A DNA stretch of 63,500 bases, the filler included, from Hausera hauseri (lineage: Eukaryota), in NCBI GenBank assembly GCA_046269625.1. It is 13 parts of 13 records of this genome, joined end to end, with 100 filler letters (N's around TTAATTAATTAA, not from the genome) between each part and the next. Parts side by side here need not be neighbours in the genome. Positions count along the whole stretch, not along the records: positions 58,924 to 63,500 come from JBJURY010520791.1; 12 more parts are not named here. The stretch is one strand, 5' to 3'. Positions 62,258 to 63,500 of this stretch are shown here, piece after piece (the first letter of the stretch is position 1; every line of letters begins with the position of its first letter). Both the position numbers and the translations under genes were made by a program. The notes beneath the pieces are model-generated. The model did no database searches. It was not told where the DNA came from and saw only the letters and a list, made by a program, of their open reading frames with translations.

Positions 62258-63499
62258 TTAAGGCGAGTCGAGAGTAATTTGATCAGTCCACGAGGAAAAA
62301 TCGTTGTTGTCTGGTAATTGTTTGTTCCGTTGTGCCTCGACCACCGCATTGTGGTACGTACTGAGGGGGAGAGAATTCATATCCACACTGTCAGCATCTG
62401 TTGGTACACTATAATGTATTGATTGGGACTCTAAGGGTGGATTTTCCAAAAATGAAAAATGGGACCAGGAGCAATGTGGTATATGTATGGGTTGCTTATT
62501 AGGAAGTTTTGTGGATATATTAGGTAAGTTCCGTGGGCGCCATGGTTGAAGAAGGTAGTTGGATTGGCGTCTTTCTGTATATACATCATGGGCTATGAGA
62601 ATCATATACTCAGCGTTCATTTTTCCTGGTACAAAATATTCGACGGACTTGTACAGTGTTGAAAAGGGTTGAAATCCATTTTTACTGTGATTAAGATCGA
62701 TATATCCTAGGATTATTGTTCGAGGAAGATGTAGGAGGTTGAGGAAAAATTGTGGGTCAAAAGTTACCAAAAGTCTGCCAAATATGGCCCGTTGGATGTG
62801 TGCTCGACAGAGAACAAGGTCTGGTGCTAAATCTAGCTCATCTAGAGATATGTCATGATTGTGCTTATCGACATTATCAATTTTCTCACGTGGACGTAGT
62901 AATGTTTTATACCTTATGTTAAGGGTTTCAGTAGGATCGACGGAGAGGTCTGCTAAATAGACTTGAATGGGTAAGGGGAGGCTTCCCGAAAAGGCTAGGG
63001 TATAGCCCACAAAAATAAGGTCCTGAATTGAATAGGTATCAGGAACTCGGATGTAGGAATGTACAGTGGAGTTTGGTGGTTGAGGTAGCCAATCTAGTTC
63101 GTTAAAGGTCATACCTCCGTTAGGGAAAATATCCAAATAATGGTGCCAAGTAGGGGTGTCCATATATTCCAATTCTATGTACAACAGGGATTCTTCCCTA
63201 ATTATTATGGTAAATAGCTCCGAGAGCCAAACATCTGCAGTTAATAAAATAGATTTGTACGAAGTCACGTAAACATTAAGTTTTGGTATCGGTGGTCTAC
63301 AGATGTGTACAATGACAGATCCTGACGATACAGTCAATAATAAATCTGCGGGCTGTAATGGAAAATTGGGGATGTTTAAATGCTGTTCAATAATGTTTCG
63401 TAGCGGATAAGGGCCGTAATAAATAGTCCAGTGTATGATTAATATACATCGATTTTGAAGACTATTGCCTTTGTATTTGTTCGGAATAGAAAATACAGA
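62258..63499 (-). CDS. C-terminal part (>400 aa, open to the window edge) of an unidentified protein ending just before the LTR
   Basis: ORF 62258-63337 has no upstream stop to the window edge. No recognisable motif. Confidence 0.6.
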   Translation of the reverse strand, partial: SVFSIPNKYKGNSLQNRCILIIHWTIYYGPYPLRNIIEQHLNIPNFPLQPADLLLTVSSGSVIVHICRPPIPKLNVYVTSYKSILLTADVWLSELFTIIIREESLLYIELEYMDTPTWHHYLDIFPNGGMTFNELDWLPQPPNSTVHSYIRVPDTYSIQDLIFVGYTLAFSGSLPLPIQVYLADLSVDPTETLNIRYKTLLRPREKIDNVDKHNHDISLDELDLAPDLVLCRAHIQRAIFGRLLVTFDPQFFLNLLHLPRTIILGYIDLNHSKNGFQPFSTLYKSVEYFVPGKMNAEYMILIAHDVYTERRQSNYLLQPWRPRNLPNISTKLPNKQPIHIPHCSWSHFSFLENPPLESQSIHYSVPTDADSVDMNSLPLSTYHNAVVEAQRNKQLPDNNDFSSWTDQITLDSP

Positions 63500-63500
63500 C

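Overview
Eukaryotic (animal) AT-rich sequence made of 13 short contigs joined by an artificial 100-bp linker (44 N + TTAATTAATTAA + 44 N, stops in all six frames). Contigs: 1-4126, 4227-8587, 8688-12796, 12897-19371, 19472-23790, 23891-28667, 28768-33981, 34082-38976, 39077-45532, 45633-49761, 49862-54744, 54845-58823, 58924-63500. Adjacency across linkers is not biological evidence. Most of the content is decayed mobile DNA: several Ty3/gypsy families, a solo LTR with a 4-bp TSD, mariner, Tigger, Chapaev3, piggyBac, non-LTR fragments, a SINE, Polinton/Maverick polB and integrase, and a spliced IS3EU-like DDE gene. Two signals stand out. (1) In three contigs, intronless, internally deleted fragments of unrelated host genes (APEH, axonemal dynein, talin, MPEG1/perforin-2, APC1, a ZP-domain protein, KMT2C/D PHD fingers) are butted end to end. 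All lie on the same strand as the same gypsy family and next to its LTR ends, which suggests serial RT template-jumping across cellular mRNAs. (2) A repeated Gag-zinc-knuckle polyprotein continues into a long coiled coil, a degenerate protease-like motif and a ubiquitin-like domain, with no RT seen. All homology calls come from motif recognition by eye and have not been checked by database search.
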